From assembly GCF_963676685.1 (NCBI RefSeq), contig NC_092353.1, forward strand, positions 60,078,001 to 60,142,000: a stretch of 64,000 nucleotides of DNA, written 5' to 3'. The notes under the pieces are model-generated. The model made no database searches. It was not told the DNA's origin and worked only from the letters and a program-made list of their open reading frames with translations. This DNA comes from Mytilus edulis (Eukaryota). The translations under genes were made by a program, and so were the position numbers. The number at the start of each line of letters is the position of its first letter. The first letter of the stretch is position 1. Below are positions 34,669 to 46,570 of this stretch, one piece after another.

Positions 34669-36312
34669 TGTTAGCGGCAATAAGTGAAATCAGGCATTAA
34701 GCTTAAATCCTAGGCAATAAGCTAACGCCTAGGCATTAAGTTATTGCCTGAAATTTTCAGGCATTAAGCTTATTTCCTGAAATCTGATGATGATTATTCA
34801 ACCTATTGCCGAACACAGTTTTAGGCAATAAGGGAACTCTGGAATTTATGTATATTCTGTGATTTATTCTTTATATAAAATAGTTTCTTCATTATACTCC
34901 TAATATTACATGTATTACTATACATTCATTAGACAGATCTTCAAATTTTATTTAGTAATTTTAATAGTTTAAAAAAAACAGAATTAAGAATGTATTCTTC
35001 TGACGTTTTAGTCACGTTGAAACCTCGTAATGAAATTATTTCCAAAACATGTGATACTAGTGGAAAATATCAATTAATTTAAAAAAAAAAATGTAATAAT
35101 CAAACTTAATTCTGTGAAAAATTGTGTATTTATAATAAGATGTTTTTGAGTAATACATTTTCAAATTTCATTATCAATCAAGTCAGTATGTTTAGCCAAA
35201 ATTTTGAGAAAACGGGTAAGGGGTACAAACAATAATTCTACCAGAAACATGAACAAAAGTACATCCCATATCACTTTTTTCTTTTCAAAATTCTTAGATA
35301 TGTAATTCTTCAATCATTTATAACAAAGAAGTTGAAACTATATGCATTTAGTGCTAAAAAAATCTCTAATTTACAAAATTTATTGACAGCATGGGAAATT
35401 TGACACGAAAAGCCTCAAAATATGATAAAACTTTCTTATATTAACACATATAGTTTTCTTAAATGTATTCAGATTGTTCCACTTCATTTTCATTGAAAAA
35501 ATGAAGAAAAAAATGTTGGACTGTGAATATTTCACGTAATTAGACCAAAAATAGGTAAAAATTGAAGAAAAATGGGAAAATCATCCAAATTGGGTACTTT
35601 CAAAGGGCCGTAGCATAAAAAAGGAGTGCACCACCATAAGATTTTTTCTTCATCCATTATTGTTTACAGTCATATAAATCCCCAAATCAGGTTAAGAAAA
35701 AAGTTTAATTCTAGAAGTGTTTGGCTAAAATAAAAAAGTTTTAAAAAAAGTGATTGTATCAAAAAAAAGGGGTGGGTGGGGGAGATTCTGTAAAATAGCT
35801 AATATATTTTTTTGAAATGTTCTACCCTTCACTAGTCGAGCTGCTTTGAATTGATAAAAAGTAAACATTATTAAGATATGGTTTTTTGCTCACACCATTT
35901 TCCAATTTTTATAATTGGATAAGTAAATTTTCTATGTTAACAGTTCCACAACTTGTGATAACAAATGATTTTAACACAAATTTGTATCTAGTTTTCATTT
36001 TTTCTGCAGTTTTATTTGATGAGTTTTGATATAAATAACATATTTTAAAAGTGATTTTAATCCAGTAGATTACATTTTAAACTTAATCAGTTCTTATAAT
36101 GTTATTTAAATGAATAAATTTCTTTTATTTACTCGCATTTTTATTTTAGGCATTAAGCTTAATGCCTGCACACAATTTTCAGGATTTAAGCTTAAATCCT
36201 AGGATTTAAGACTAATTCCTAACATTATTTAGGCAATAGACTTACTGCCTAGGCGTTAGCTTATTGCCTAGGATTTAAGCTTAATGCCTAATTTCACTTA
36301 TTGCCGCTAACA
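34669..36312. mobile_element. Ginger-like (TGT...ACA) non-autonomous element inserted in a (TA)n tract
   Basis: TIR TGTTAGCGGCAATAAGTGAAAT..., >100 bp of inverted 20-bp AGGCATTAAGCTTAAATCCT repeats, (TA)n on both flanks; no ORF. Confidence 0.8.
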
Positions 36313-36605
36313 TATATATATATATAAAATAGGAAGATGATTCGGTGGCGGATGTTTTTTGGAAGGGGTCCGTTTGTTGCAATCTAACCTTTTTATATGA
36401 CTTGTTTGTGTTGGAATCCCATTTTATAGATGACTGGAGCCGTGCCTTGATCTTGTGTTCTATGATTTCCAATTTAGAAAACACTCCAAGAGAGACCATG
36501 CAAAATGACATACAAGTTTACAACTATGAGCTGGGACTATTATACTAGTCCCAGCTATAAGTCACCGTTAATAATGAGAAAACCCATACCGCATAGCATG
36601 TTTTA

Positions 36606-37069
36606 GGTGTCAGACCACCAATTACTCCCTCCAATTTAGAACGTAGAAGTAGCCCTACTCTGACACAAAATAGTGCTTTTGGTGTCCTTGTTTTCTTAAA
36701 CTAACCAACAAATTTGCAGAAATGAAACTTTTGGTGAAAGAGAAATATATGTAGATCATTTTGAGCCAAAATTTACTTGTCTATGAGTTTGCATTAAAAA
36801 TTGAGGATTAATGCGCTCCATAGTATACTAAGTTTAGATTTCCAGAAAACCAGGTTTTTGTTTTGGAGTACTTCTGTTTAATGGTCAGTTATTTTGTTAG
36901 AAGGCTTTAAAGGTATGGTGAAAATTGGCATGTAGAAAGCTGATACATGTACAATTAAGGATATACCTAGTTTCTATGAAGTTAAACTTAAGGTAAAATA
37001 TTTAGAAAGCTGTGAAAATTGCAAAATTTGGTTGAACAGATAGGGATTTTTAATTGGTGGTCTGACACC
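36606..37069. mobile_element. Kolobok-type MITE
   Basis: 19-bp TIR GGTGTCAGACCACCAATTA; flanks TTTA / TTAT (degenerate TTAA). Confidence 0.75.
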
Positions 37070-37473
37070 TTATAACAGGTCCAAAATAGACCAGTCATTT
37101 GACATGTTCCTGACTTGGAAATAGTTGGTGAACATGTGACTGACTTATATAATAATGTTTTCTCTGTTTACTTCTAAACTCAATCAGTGAAATAACAAAA
37201 GGAATCCGACCGTGCAAGACCATCGTGGGAAGTCAAAGTAGTTAAACCTCCCTCGTTTTCGTCGACAAAAAATACCTTCTAGAGCGTATGCTCAAATTAA
37301 TCCAGGAAAATAATATGAACGCAATAATAACGGTACGTATGTGTCTATCCTTTTTTATTTGCACGTCGTGTTAATCTCAAAACAGACGCTAATACATTAT
37401 ATAGCTATCTATAAATCATATGGCATTATTGATAGTAAGTTGCAGAATGCACGATAATCATGAAACAAAGATT

Positions 37474-40400
37474 CTAATTATCACAATCCCAATTTTGATA
37501 TTCATAATTGTATTTAGAGTTGTACACAGCAAAACCAGTGATGTCCAGTTCCTTTCCAAGTTGATTATTGTTGTAGTCCGAACTTTTTGCAGCATCAGGG
37601 ACTGCTGTTTTTGTCCCGATTGCTCTCCAAGCTTCTTTCACTTTTCCAATAACTTGTTTTGCAAGATAGACAGTCGCCAACTGAAACATGGAATCCTGAA
37701 AGCACAAACAATCATGAATGGTATATCTTCAATGTTCATATTCCATTTTTTTTGTCTAAAAATTATCAACAAGGATTTTTGACCTCCTTTTGTAAGCATT
37801 AAGTTTGAATTCATTTTAATCTCGTCAACAAATGATAAAGCCGCAATAAAACCGATTGAAATATTTTATTTGTGTGCTATAATTTTTTTTAACGTCCAGT
37901 GGCAAATATTACATGCTAATTCCGTCTGTAAACCAAACAGCAATAACTGTTACTTCAATAATTTGTGTGGCCGGAATGAAGGACAGGTTGCGTTTTACCA
38001 GCGGAACCCGATTTGAAAGAAAGAGAGCATTTAGCTTTGCACCAGGCATATCAAGAACTCCTTAAATAGTTGTGACAAGGTTACTTATTGCAGTCACAAG
38101 TCATAATATAAAAGACAGGACTAAAAAGGTGAAGCCAGGCATTCTTTGCTCTTACTTTTAAATGATAGAACAGCAAGCTATAGAGGACACAAAAACGATT
38201 AATCTGTGAATATTATATGTCACTGATAGTGAATACATGGTCTATATACCATGATACAAAGTTACTAGCTTACCGTTTCAAAGCCATAAAGTGAAAGACT
38301 CTTCTGCATTTTACTTAAGTCAAGGGACTTTTCTAATTCATCAAGACCCTGTGTAACACTTTCATTGAGATTATCTCGTCTAAAACTTGTAAACGAAGTT
38401 TCTCGACTGTAACTGTATAAACCTCCAAACCACGTGACGCTAGTATCCAGATATTTTTGGAACTGAGATACGTTTGGTGAACTTGTTTCATCTAATGAAC
38501 TGAATGGATCAAAATGGTTATTTGATAAATTGGAAGCATCTTGTTCTCCTGGAATACTCATTGAACTTGTATTGCTGATGAAACTTGAACTTGCACATGG
38601 TGGCCCTAATTCATTGCAGTGGTTATCGTCATCTTGCATTAAATTATCGCCTGCTTCTGCGTTACTATAGCCACCATCGTGGTAAAGGTTTTCCACGTCA
38701 GCATCATCATCTTTACCCACCTGCAAACATTGAAAGTTGTCGTCCAAGTGCTCAAGACCAAACGCGTCTGCATCACAAACAAGCTTTGGTCCATATTTCT
38801 GGATACTCTGATGAGGATGTTCCGTACATTGCGGTCTAACACAAAGCAAGGTACTCATAACATTGTCTGGAACATCGCCACGAGCTCTTAAGTCAAACAC
38901 GCGGAGGGATTTGGATGGTATTCCGGATCTTACTGATACAAGTTTGCAGCTCTCTTCGGTTAAAACATTAAAACATCCATCTCCCGACGAATGATGCATC
39001 TTCTTTAAGACGAGCATTCCTTGTTTTGAAATAATATGTTTTTGTGGTTTCTTTATCTTTCTGAGTTTATCCATCCAATCTATATCTTTTGGCTGTTTTT
39101 GTGAGAGGATTGACTTTTCGGTGTTTGAGCTAGACCCGATGTGTCTTCTGTTTTTATGCTTTTCAGGAACATGCTGTCTGCCTGTCGGTACGACAAGAAA
39201 ATGATAAAAAAATAAATATTGTTAAATTTTGAAATCGAAATTTATAACATATATAATAACTAATTGGGCTACACATGGCTTTTTCCTAAAAAGTTTGAAA
39301 CAGTGAACTAGCATGATTCCTTCGTGCGAAACGGGTAAAGATATTGCTTACAATCCGTTACAAAATTTTAATTTATTGCTTCAAGGGTTCGGAACCCTCC
39401 ACAGTTTCGGTTATGGGTACGCGTAGTGATCCTTTTTATTCACTACTGCAGGTTTAATAGCTTATGTGATTGTATGACAAGAATGCCCACGCATGCAGTG
39501 TTATTAAGAAACTCAGCTGTAATTCTTGACAGAAACATAGGTCGAAGATGCATTACAATTAAAAGCAGACATTGTCATCTGTTCTTCAGACTTTTTATGA
39601 CGTGTTTATGCTAACGGATAATCTCTTATAATATATTAGTGTTTTACTATTGTTTTTATGTAAGTTTTTTTTATGCTTCGTGCCGATTTTATGAGTAAAC
39701 CCATTTCCAAATTTTTTAATTTCCCAATTTGTTCTTATGTTGTGCTGTTCCACTAATGTCCCAGATCAGGCGGAAGCTGAGCGCTCACGAAAACATGATT
39801 CACCATGCCAGGATTGCTTCAGGAAGTTTTAAAGATAACGGTTTGTGTTTTTATGCCCCACCTACGATAGTAGAGGGGCATTATGTTTTCTGGTCTGCCT
39901 CCGTCAGTTCGTCCGTCCGTGCGTCCGTTCGCTTCAGGTTAAAGTTTTTGGTCAAGGTAGATTTTTTCTTATTGTTGAGAACCGATCGGAGACAAATATT
40001 TGCTTATATCTACGTCATTTGAATATGTTCATTGCCATTAAATCACATCTGCTTACTTTGGTTGTTGATAATACACCCAATATTTAAACACATACACGAA
40101 AAAAAGCCAGATGATGGAATTTCAGTTGAACGACAAAACATAAAATATACCAATTTCTTAGTGGCTGACATACACAAATTTAATATGCAGATTGACTTGA
40201 CTTGCAAAACATAAAACATTTTCTGTATTACTTTTCTTTGTACGTATAAATGAATGAGCTGTTGTGACGAAAAACCGTTTATATTAAGAGAACAGTAGGG
40301 AACGTAGGTAAAATGTCTACCACCGGAAAAAAACATTTGGTATGCGCGAAAATTTCCAAATATTCAGAAAGTGTATTATATGATATTGATTACCTTTAGA

Positions 40401-43400
40401 GGACATATTTTTGGCAGTTTTTCTAATTACAAAAACCAGTATAAAGACTGCAAAAGATACAGTGAGATAGAATCCATAACTTTCTTCCTGTAGCGTCCAT
40501 TCACTTATTGGTGCAAGCTTGTCTGAAACTAAAGATATAAATAAATTTGTAAGTGTGAAAACTAATGGTTTGATTTTATTAATGGATATGATGCTCAGAC
40601 ATGATGGAGCTTTTCCAAAGTTCGAATAACTATACATGATGTATATCCAAATCACTAACTACCCCCCCCCTTTTTTCCCCCAGAAAAAAATTTGACGGTC
40701 TTGTCCAAAATAAAAATTTCGTCATGATATGAATGTTATGTTTGACAATGCACGCTGTAAACACTAATTACCTTGAGGCTTCAAAAAATAAGTTGATACA
40801 TAAATAAATAATAAATACAAGTATACTTTTATGTAGGTATTCTGCTATCGTATGCAAATAGATTTGGGTGTCTGACAACTGCTGATCGATTTCATGTGAT
40901 TCTCTCAACCAATCGTCGCAAAGTTTGCACGTAGACGTTGGCTCCACATTGTTGCACAGTTTACATCCTGGCATGGAATCCAAACCAAATATCGACAGGA
41001 ATAAATTTTCTCCCAATGTGTCATCTTCTGAGCTAAAAAAAATAATGGTTGTCAATATAAGATAGAGAGATAAATTAATGTTTGCGACAGTTATGGACCG
41101 TTCAATATTTATCAAATGGATGGGCCGGTGCAAAATGGGGCGGGGCAAGCACTTTTTTGGTGGAAATATTTGGATGGGCGGGAACTTTTTTTAATATATA
41201 TAGTGGATGGGCTAGAACTTATTTTATTTGAAAAAAATTTGCTTTCAATTTTATCGGTGTGTAGGAAATTCCTTTTGCAGGCACAAAAAACATAAGGGAG
41301 ATGGTCTCTACAATAATTTTCAGTTTAGGCCAAATCCAGATAGTCATCTTTAAATTTTTTTATAACTTTTTCAAATCAACATGGATTTTCAAAAAACTCT
41401 ACAATTATTTCATTTATATATTGATCTTATAGAATACCAGGTTGTTTGGTAGTTTGGTGTATTGCTGTCATTCTATGGATTTAATATTAGGTTAAAAAAA
41501 GCTAAAGTTTTCAGTTTTGGCTAAATCCAGATAGTCATTCTTAATTTTTTCATAACTTTTTCAAATCAACTGGCATTTTCATAAAACTCTACAATTATTT
41601 CATTTATATATTGATCTTACAGAATACCAGGTTGTTTGGTAGTTTGGTGAATTGCTGTCAATCTATGGATTTAATAGAAAGGTTAAAAAAGCTAAAATTT
41701 TCAGTCTAGGCTAAATCCAGAAAGTCATCTTTAATTTTTTTTATAACTTTTTCAAATTAACATGAATTTCCATAAAACTCTATAGCTATTTCATATATAT
41801 ACTGATCTTACAGAATACCAGGTTGTTTGGTAGTTTGGTGTCATTCTAATGGATTTAATAAAAAGGTTAAAAAAAGCTTAAATTTTCAGTTTAGGCCAAA
41901 TCATTGAATAGTCATCTTTAAACTTTTTTATAACTTTTTCAAATCAATTTAGATCTTCATATAACTCTACAGCTATCTCATTTATATATTAATCTTACAG
42001 AATGCAAGGTTGTTTGGTGTTTTACTGTCAAATGTGCGGAATTAATTAATACATGTAGGTGAAATATGGTGCATCAAAGTCAAAAATATGTCTGCCTAAA
42101 TTGCTTAAAAAGACCATAATTTCTTTTTTGAAAAGATTAGATAAAGGGACATTGGTATTTGAACATTTAACATGCTGTGTTATTAAGACAATAATTAGTA
42201 ATTCGGCATATGATATTATTTTTACTAGTCCAAGAGTTATTGTCCCTTAGTTTAAATTATTTCCTTTATTTTAAATCAATATTGTATCTGAGGCTGCAAA
42301 TGTAAAATCAAATATATACATGCATATATATTCATACTGGTTTTAAAAACAATAAAATGTATGGTTCTGATACACACATACATATTTATAAAATGGAATT
42401 TACAAGCACATTTTAAATTTTGTATTTACACCAAAGTCTATTCTTTGATTGTAAAACATAAACTTGCAAACTTTCAAATAGAAAAAGAAATTTAATATAT
42501 TTTGATTGTCTTAAGCTTTAGAGGGGCAAGGACTTTTTTTTATAGATTTTTTTAGATGGGCGAGGACTTTTTTTCAGAATTTAAAAGGATGGGCATTAAC
42601 TTTTTTAATGAATCAATATTAAGAATGCACCGGCCCATCCATCTGATAAATATTGAACGGTCCCTTATGCTAATTATTATACATGAATGTCGATGAAGAT
42701 TTTCAACGTTTCTGAAATTGAAACCCCTCTGAGCTGTTAAATATTCGAATACTATTACAATCTGTCGTATGATTTGGAAGCAAAATTAACAAATTAATTG
42801 TGCAGTGGATATAATTCTGCAACTGGGTTGATACCATTGCTTAGTGTTTATTGTTGACAATACATGTACTGCCGTAATGTTGTGCTATTTTGACCCAAAA
42901 ATATATAAGCGTATCATAAGCGAGTAGATTCGTGAGTTAACACCCTTCTTTATTTTTAGGGTCCTTGCACTTTTAGAACTATCGTAATTAAACTCTGACC
43001 CTACATAAGAAGGACCCCTTTTTAAGGTTAGTAAAGAGATTAGGATTGATGGCCTGAATTTCCGATTTAGGTCAAAAACCGACATTTTTTCTGCTCTTTT
43101 GTCGGGCTGTTGTCTCCTTACACATTCCCCATTTCCATTCTCAATTTTATTCACAATTTAATTTAAAGTTTACTAACCCTAGTCAATGCATGATCAACTT
43201 AAACCTCTTTATAGGGCTATACGCAATGGGTTGGTACCCTTGAAATATAAGCGCTTACATAAATATTTACATATATCTTAAACATAACCCACACTTAAAC
43301 AGCGAAATACATTTTGTGTCCCCACACCCTTTTACCAACAATCAGTACTGAAAATGTAATATGTATCACATGTACAGATAAAGTCTGCTGTACATGATTG

Positions 43401-44085
43401 CACAATTGGTAATCGCAAAGGCAGACAAAAATGTTCTGTATATGATATCCAAAACAAACGTTTTTAATGGTAACCGGGAAAACAAATTAAAATATATTTG
43501 TCGTGCTGATAAACGGTATAAGATGTGCGGGAAAACAAATTTAAATATATTTGTCGTGCCGATAAACGGTATTAGATGTGCGGGAAACAAATTCAAATGT
43601 ATTTGTCGTGCCGATAAACGAATAGGTGTATTTGGGCAAAATATATTGGGCCTTCTTTTACTTTAAGGGTCCCAATACTTTATAGAGTTAAGGTTCATTC
43701 ATGGTTACGGTTATGTTAGGGGATGTTTTTAGGTTAGTGTTAGGTTTTATGGTAAGCGCTAGTGTTAGGTTTTATGGTAAGCGCTAGTGTTAGGTTTTAT
43801 GGTAAGCGCTAGTGTTAGGTTTAGGTATGGGTTAGGGTAAGGTTTGGGGTGAAGCATAGTTTAGTATAGCTCTTTTCTGGGTTGGAACCCCTAAAGTAAA
43901 AGAAGACAACGTCGGAATTGAATGAACGATTTTCTCGCTTACAATCTAATTTGTACTTATAACAAAAGATGTGAGTTAGATTTGCTCCGTCGTTTTTTCT
44001 TCGATTTTTGGTACGTTTCTTACCTGTAACCGGTAAATAGTCCTAGTAATAATATAAAGGTATACAGAGAAAACTGCAAATTCAT
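37474..44085 (-). CDS. Uncharacterised single-pass type I membrane protein (~510 aa, 5 exons)
   Basis: Exons 44024-44085 (signal peptide MNLQFSLYTFILLLGLFTGYS), 40827-41032 (CKLC-x8-CKLC; donor uncertain), 40394-40528 (TM YGFYLTVSFAVFILVFVI then RKTAK), 38274-39181 (contains the 269-aa ORF; basic then D/S-rich), 37474-37695. Phases are consistent; 1533 nt. Confidence 0.6.
41094..42664. mobile_element. PIF/Harbinger-like non-autonomous element carrying a ~190-bp satellite (~3.7 copies, 41317-42020)
   Basis: ~38-bp TIR (G)GGACCGTTCAATATTTATCA(A/G)ATGGATGGGCCGGTGCA; TTA on both flanks; lies in intron 1 of the membrane-protein gene. Confidence 0.82.
43476..43620. repeat. ~52-bp tandem repeat x3
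   Basis: GGGAAAACAAAT...ATTTGTCGTGC(T/C)GATAAACG repeated. Confidence 0.85.
43652..43905. mobile_element. Small inverted-repeat element with internal (TAGTGTTAGGTTTTATGGTAAGCGC)x3 and TTAGGG-like tract
   Basis: CTTCTTTTACTTTAAGGGTCCCAA is the inverse of TTGGAACCCCTAAAGTAAAAGAAG. Confidence 0.65.
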
Positions 44086-44583
44086 TTTCGTGTTTTCTTC
44101 TTGAGCAGTCTATCCTTCATGATCTAAAACGTCGTCTTCCATCTTGCTTTTTCCATGACGAAGTAGGAAAGCAAGTCCTTGGAAACGTTCGTTGTGGTCT
44201 AATCCCTATAGAACTTTTTGTGACGTTGTCGTGATTGTTTTCAAAGCGACGTTTGTCAGAGCATTATTTTCTTTTTATCACGTTAGACAATAATTATAAT
44301 AAAAGTAAAAATAAAAAAAGCAATGATAAAAATGATAAATAATAAATAATAATATTAACAAAAATAATAAAATCAGAAGCCCTTGCGTGCATAAATTTCG
44401 ATTTATGATGAATAGACAAAAATGCGAGATTAATTATGACGATACCAAAAAAATCTGCTAACAGATATATATTCTGACGTCGGGCTCGGCCTTCTTTTAA
44501 ACTGAGCTTTACTGTGCGTATTATTGTGTGTTTGTTTTTTTCTACCTTGGCCAGAGATTTTGGGGGCGTATTGTCTGAGATAT

Positions 44584-45059
44584 AAACAAGAATGTGTCCA
44601 AAGTACACGGATGCCCCACTCCCACTATCATTTTCCATGTTCAATGGACCGTGAAATTGTATAAAAAATATAATTAGGCATTAAAATTAGAAAGATAATA
44701 TCATAGGGAACATGTGTACTAAGTTTCAAGTTGATTGGACTTCAACTTCATCAAAAACTACCTTGACCAAAAACTTTAACCTGAAACATGCACTTTCATT
44801 TTCTATGTTCAGTGGACCGTGAAATTGGGGTCAAAAGTTTAATTTGGCTTTAAAATTAGAAAGATCATATCATAAGGAACATGTGTACTAAGTTTCAAGT
44901 TGATTGGACTTCAACTTCATCAAAAACTACCTTGACCAAAAACTTTAACCTGAAGCGGGACAGACGGACGAACGGACGAACGAACAGACGGACGGACGAA
45001 CGGACGCACAGACCAGAAAACATAATGCCCCGCTACTATCGTAGGTGGGGCATAAAAAA
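44584..45059 (-). mobile_element. HINE/DINE-like (Helentron non-autonomous) element
   Basis: Two ~170-bp tandem units, a GACG/GAAC microsatellite, and terminal hairpin ATGCCCC...GGGGCAT + A run; a partial inverse copy is at 39848-39960. Confidence 0.75.
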
Positions 45060-45314
45060 GCACGTTTAACTCCGCCACATTCTTCTTTTTCTTCTTAGAT
45101 ATAGAAGTTAAACTCAATAATGAGTACTCAAAACTTGTGCGTTACGTAGGTGTTGGTAATGTCTATTTACAATAAAAGATCAAAGATAAAAAAAGAAAAG
45201 AAAATACGGTGCATGCTGAACAGTTGGTGCAGGATAAAAACATTCCATCATCTAGGTAACCAGTGTCTTGAAAGCTTCGATAGTGGGAGCTTTCACTGTC
45301 GGTTTCGGTTATTT

Positions 45315-45660
45315 TTTTCCAGGCTATTACTGTTCTTGGAAAGAATGAGCATTTGTAGTAATCATGTCTTGGGCTGAAGATGGTGTATGCCACGGTATTG
45401 TAGTGTCTTGATGTTCTATTTAGTGGAATGAGGTAAGTATCTGTTGGAATTGCTACCAGTCCATTTACAATTTTGTAAAATATGCATAATCTGATGTTCA
45501 CTCTTCGTTGGTAGAGAGGTATCCAGTTAAGCTTGCTTATCATGCTTGTGACACTCGATTCGTTACTGTAGTCGTTGAATATATAGCAAGCTGCTCTTTT
45601 TTACCCGCTCTATTTTGTCAATATTTTCTTGCGTATAGGGATCCCATATGGCTGCGCTAT
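45315..45660 (-). mobile_element. 5'-truncated LINE (CR1/L2 group) ORF2 C-terminal remnant
   Basis: AAIWDPY...IDKIERV, then (frameshift) SVTSMISKLNWIPLYQRR...FYKIVNG...SFFPRTVIAW. Confidence 0.8.
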
Positions 45661-45930
45661 ATTTTTGCGCCTGTCCCAAGTTAGGAGCCTTTGGCCGTTG
45701 TTAGACTTGTATGATTTTTAATTTTAGTTTCATTTATATAATTCGGAGTTTAGTATGGCGTCCATTATCACTGAATTAGTATACATTTTTGTTTAGGGAC
45801 CAGCTGAAGCACTCCTCCGGGTGCGGGATTTTCTCGCTGCAATGAAGACCCATTGGTGGCCTTCGGCTGTTATCTGCTCTTTGATCGGGTTGTTGTCTCT
45901 TTAACACATTTCCCATTTCCATTCTCAATT
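45661..45930. repeat. SINE-like interspersed repeat
   Basis: CCTGTCCCAAG...GGTTGTTGTCTCTTTAACACATTTCCCATTTCCATTCTCAATT; partial copies at ~30700-30760, 32030-32175 (reverse), 43090-43152 and 52185-52260. Confidence 0.7.
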
Positions 45931-46329
45931 CTATATATGGATTAAATCAGAATGAGAGTTCTTATTATTTCGATACTGCACCCAGGCGTATTATTTGCAA
46001 TAATAAAATCCTCGCATCAGTTGGTAGAAATACGTCTAATATTTCTACTATTGGCGACTTAGAATGAACATCATGTTTGAATAAGCAGCGATTTACTTGT
46101 GTTGGGCTTTTGTTTAAACTAACACGAACTGTTGATATGATATTTGGAGTTGGATATCATGTCGACGGAACGGCTGGAATACGGAAGTGAACAAGATGGT
46201 CAACTTGTTGGAAATTAAGAACATTTTTAGTGATGTGTCATTAAGTACAAAAGTAGCCATGAAAAAAGTCACTAAACATGTTAACATCCTAAATAATCTA
46301 GAATGTTAACGATTACGGAAAAGACAATG

Positions 46330-46570
46330 CAAATACCTTTTGAAGACCGTTTATGTGTTTATTGCTCTGACAATAGTGTTGAAACTGAGAAACATTTTTT
46401 ATTGAACTGTTGTCTATATAATGACTTAAGATTTGACCTTTACTTAGAATGTTTACAACATATTTATAGTTTGGAGAATTTGAATGACGATTTAAAATCT
46501 ATACAAAGCATGAATTGCTCCGAGATTCAGCCAATTTTATGTAAAAGTATACATAAGTTTTTTTTATGCG
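46330..46570 (+). mobile_element. LINE ORF2 3' remnant with CCHC zinc knuckle
   Basis: PFEDRLCVYC...VETEKHFLLNCCLYNDLR. Confidence 0.7.

Noticed and set aside
35193-35727. Nested TAGCCAAA...TTTGGCTA element
   Set aside because: The inverted match is short and imperfect and has no TSD; not supportable.
43700-43852. Interstitial telomere
   Set aside because: Only scattered TTAGGG/TTAGGT variants inside a small inverted-repeat element.
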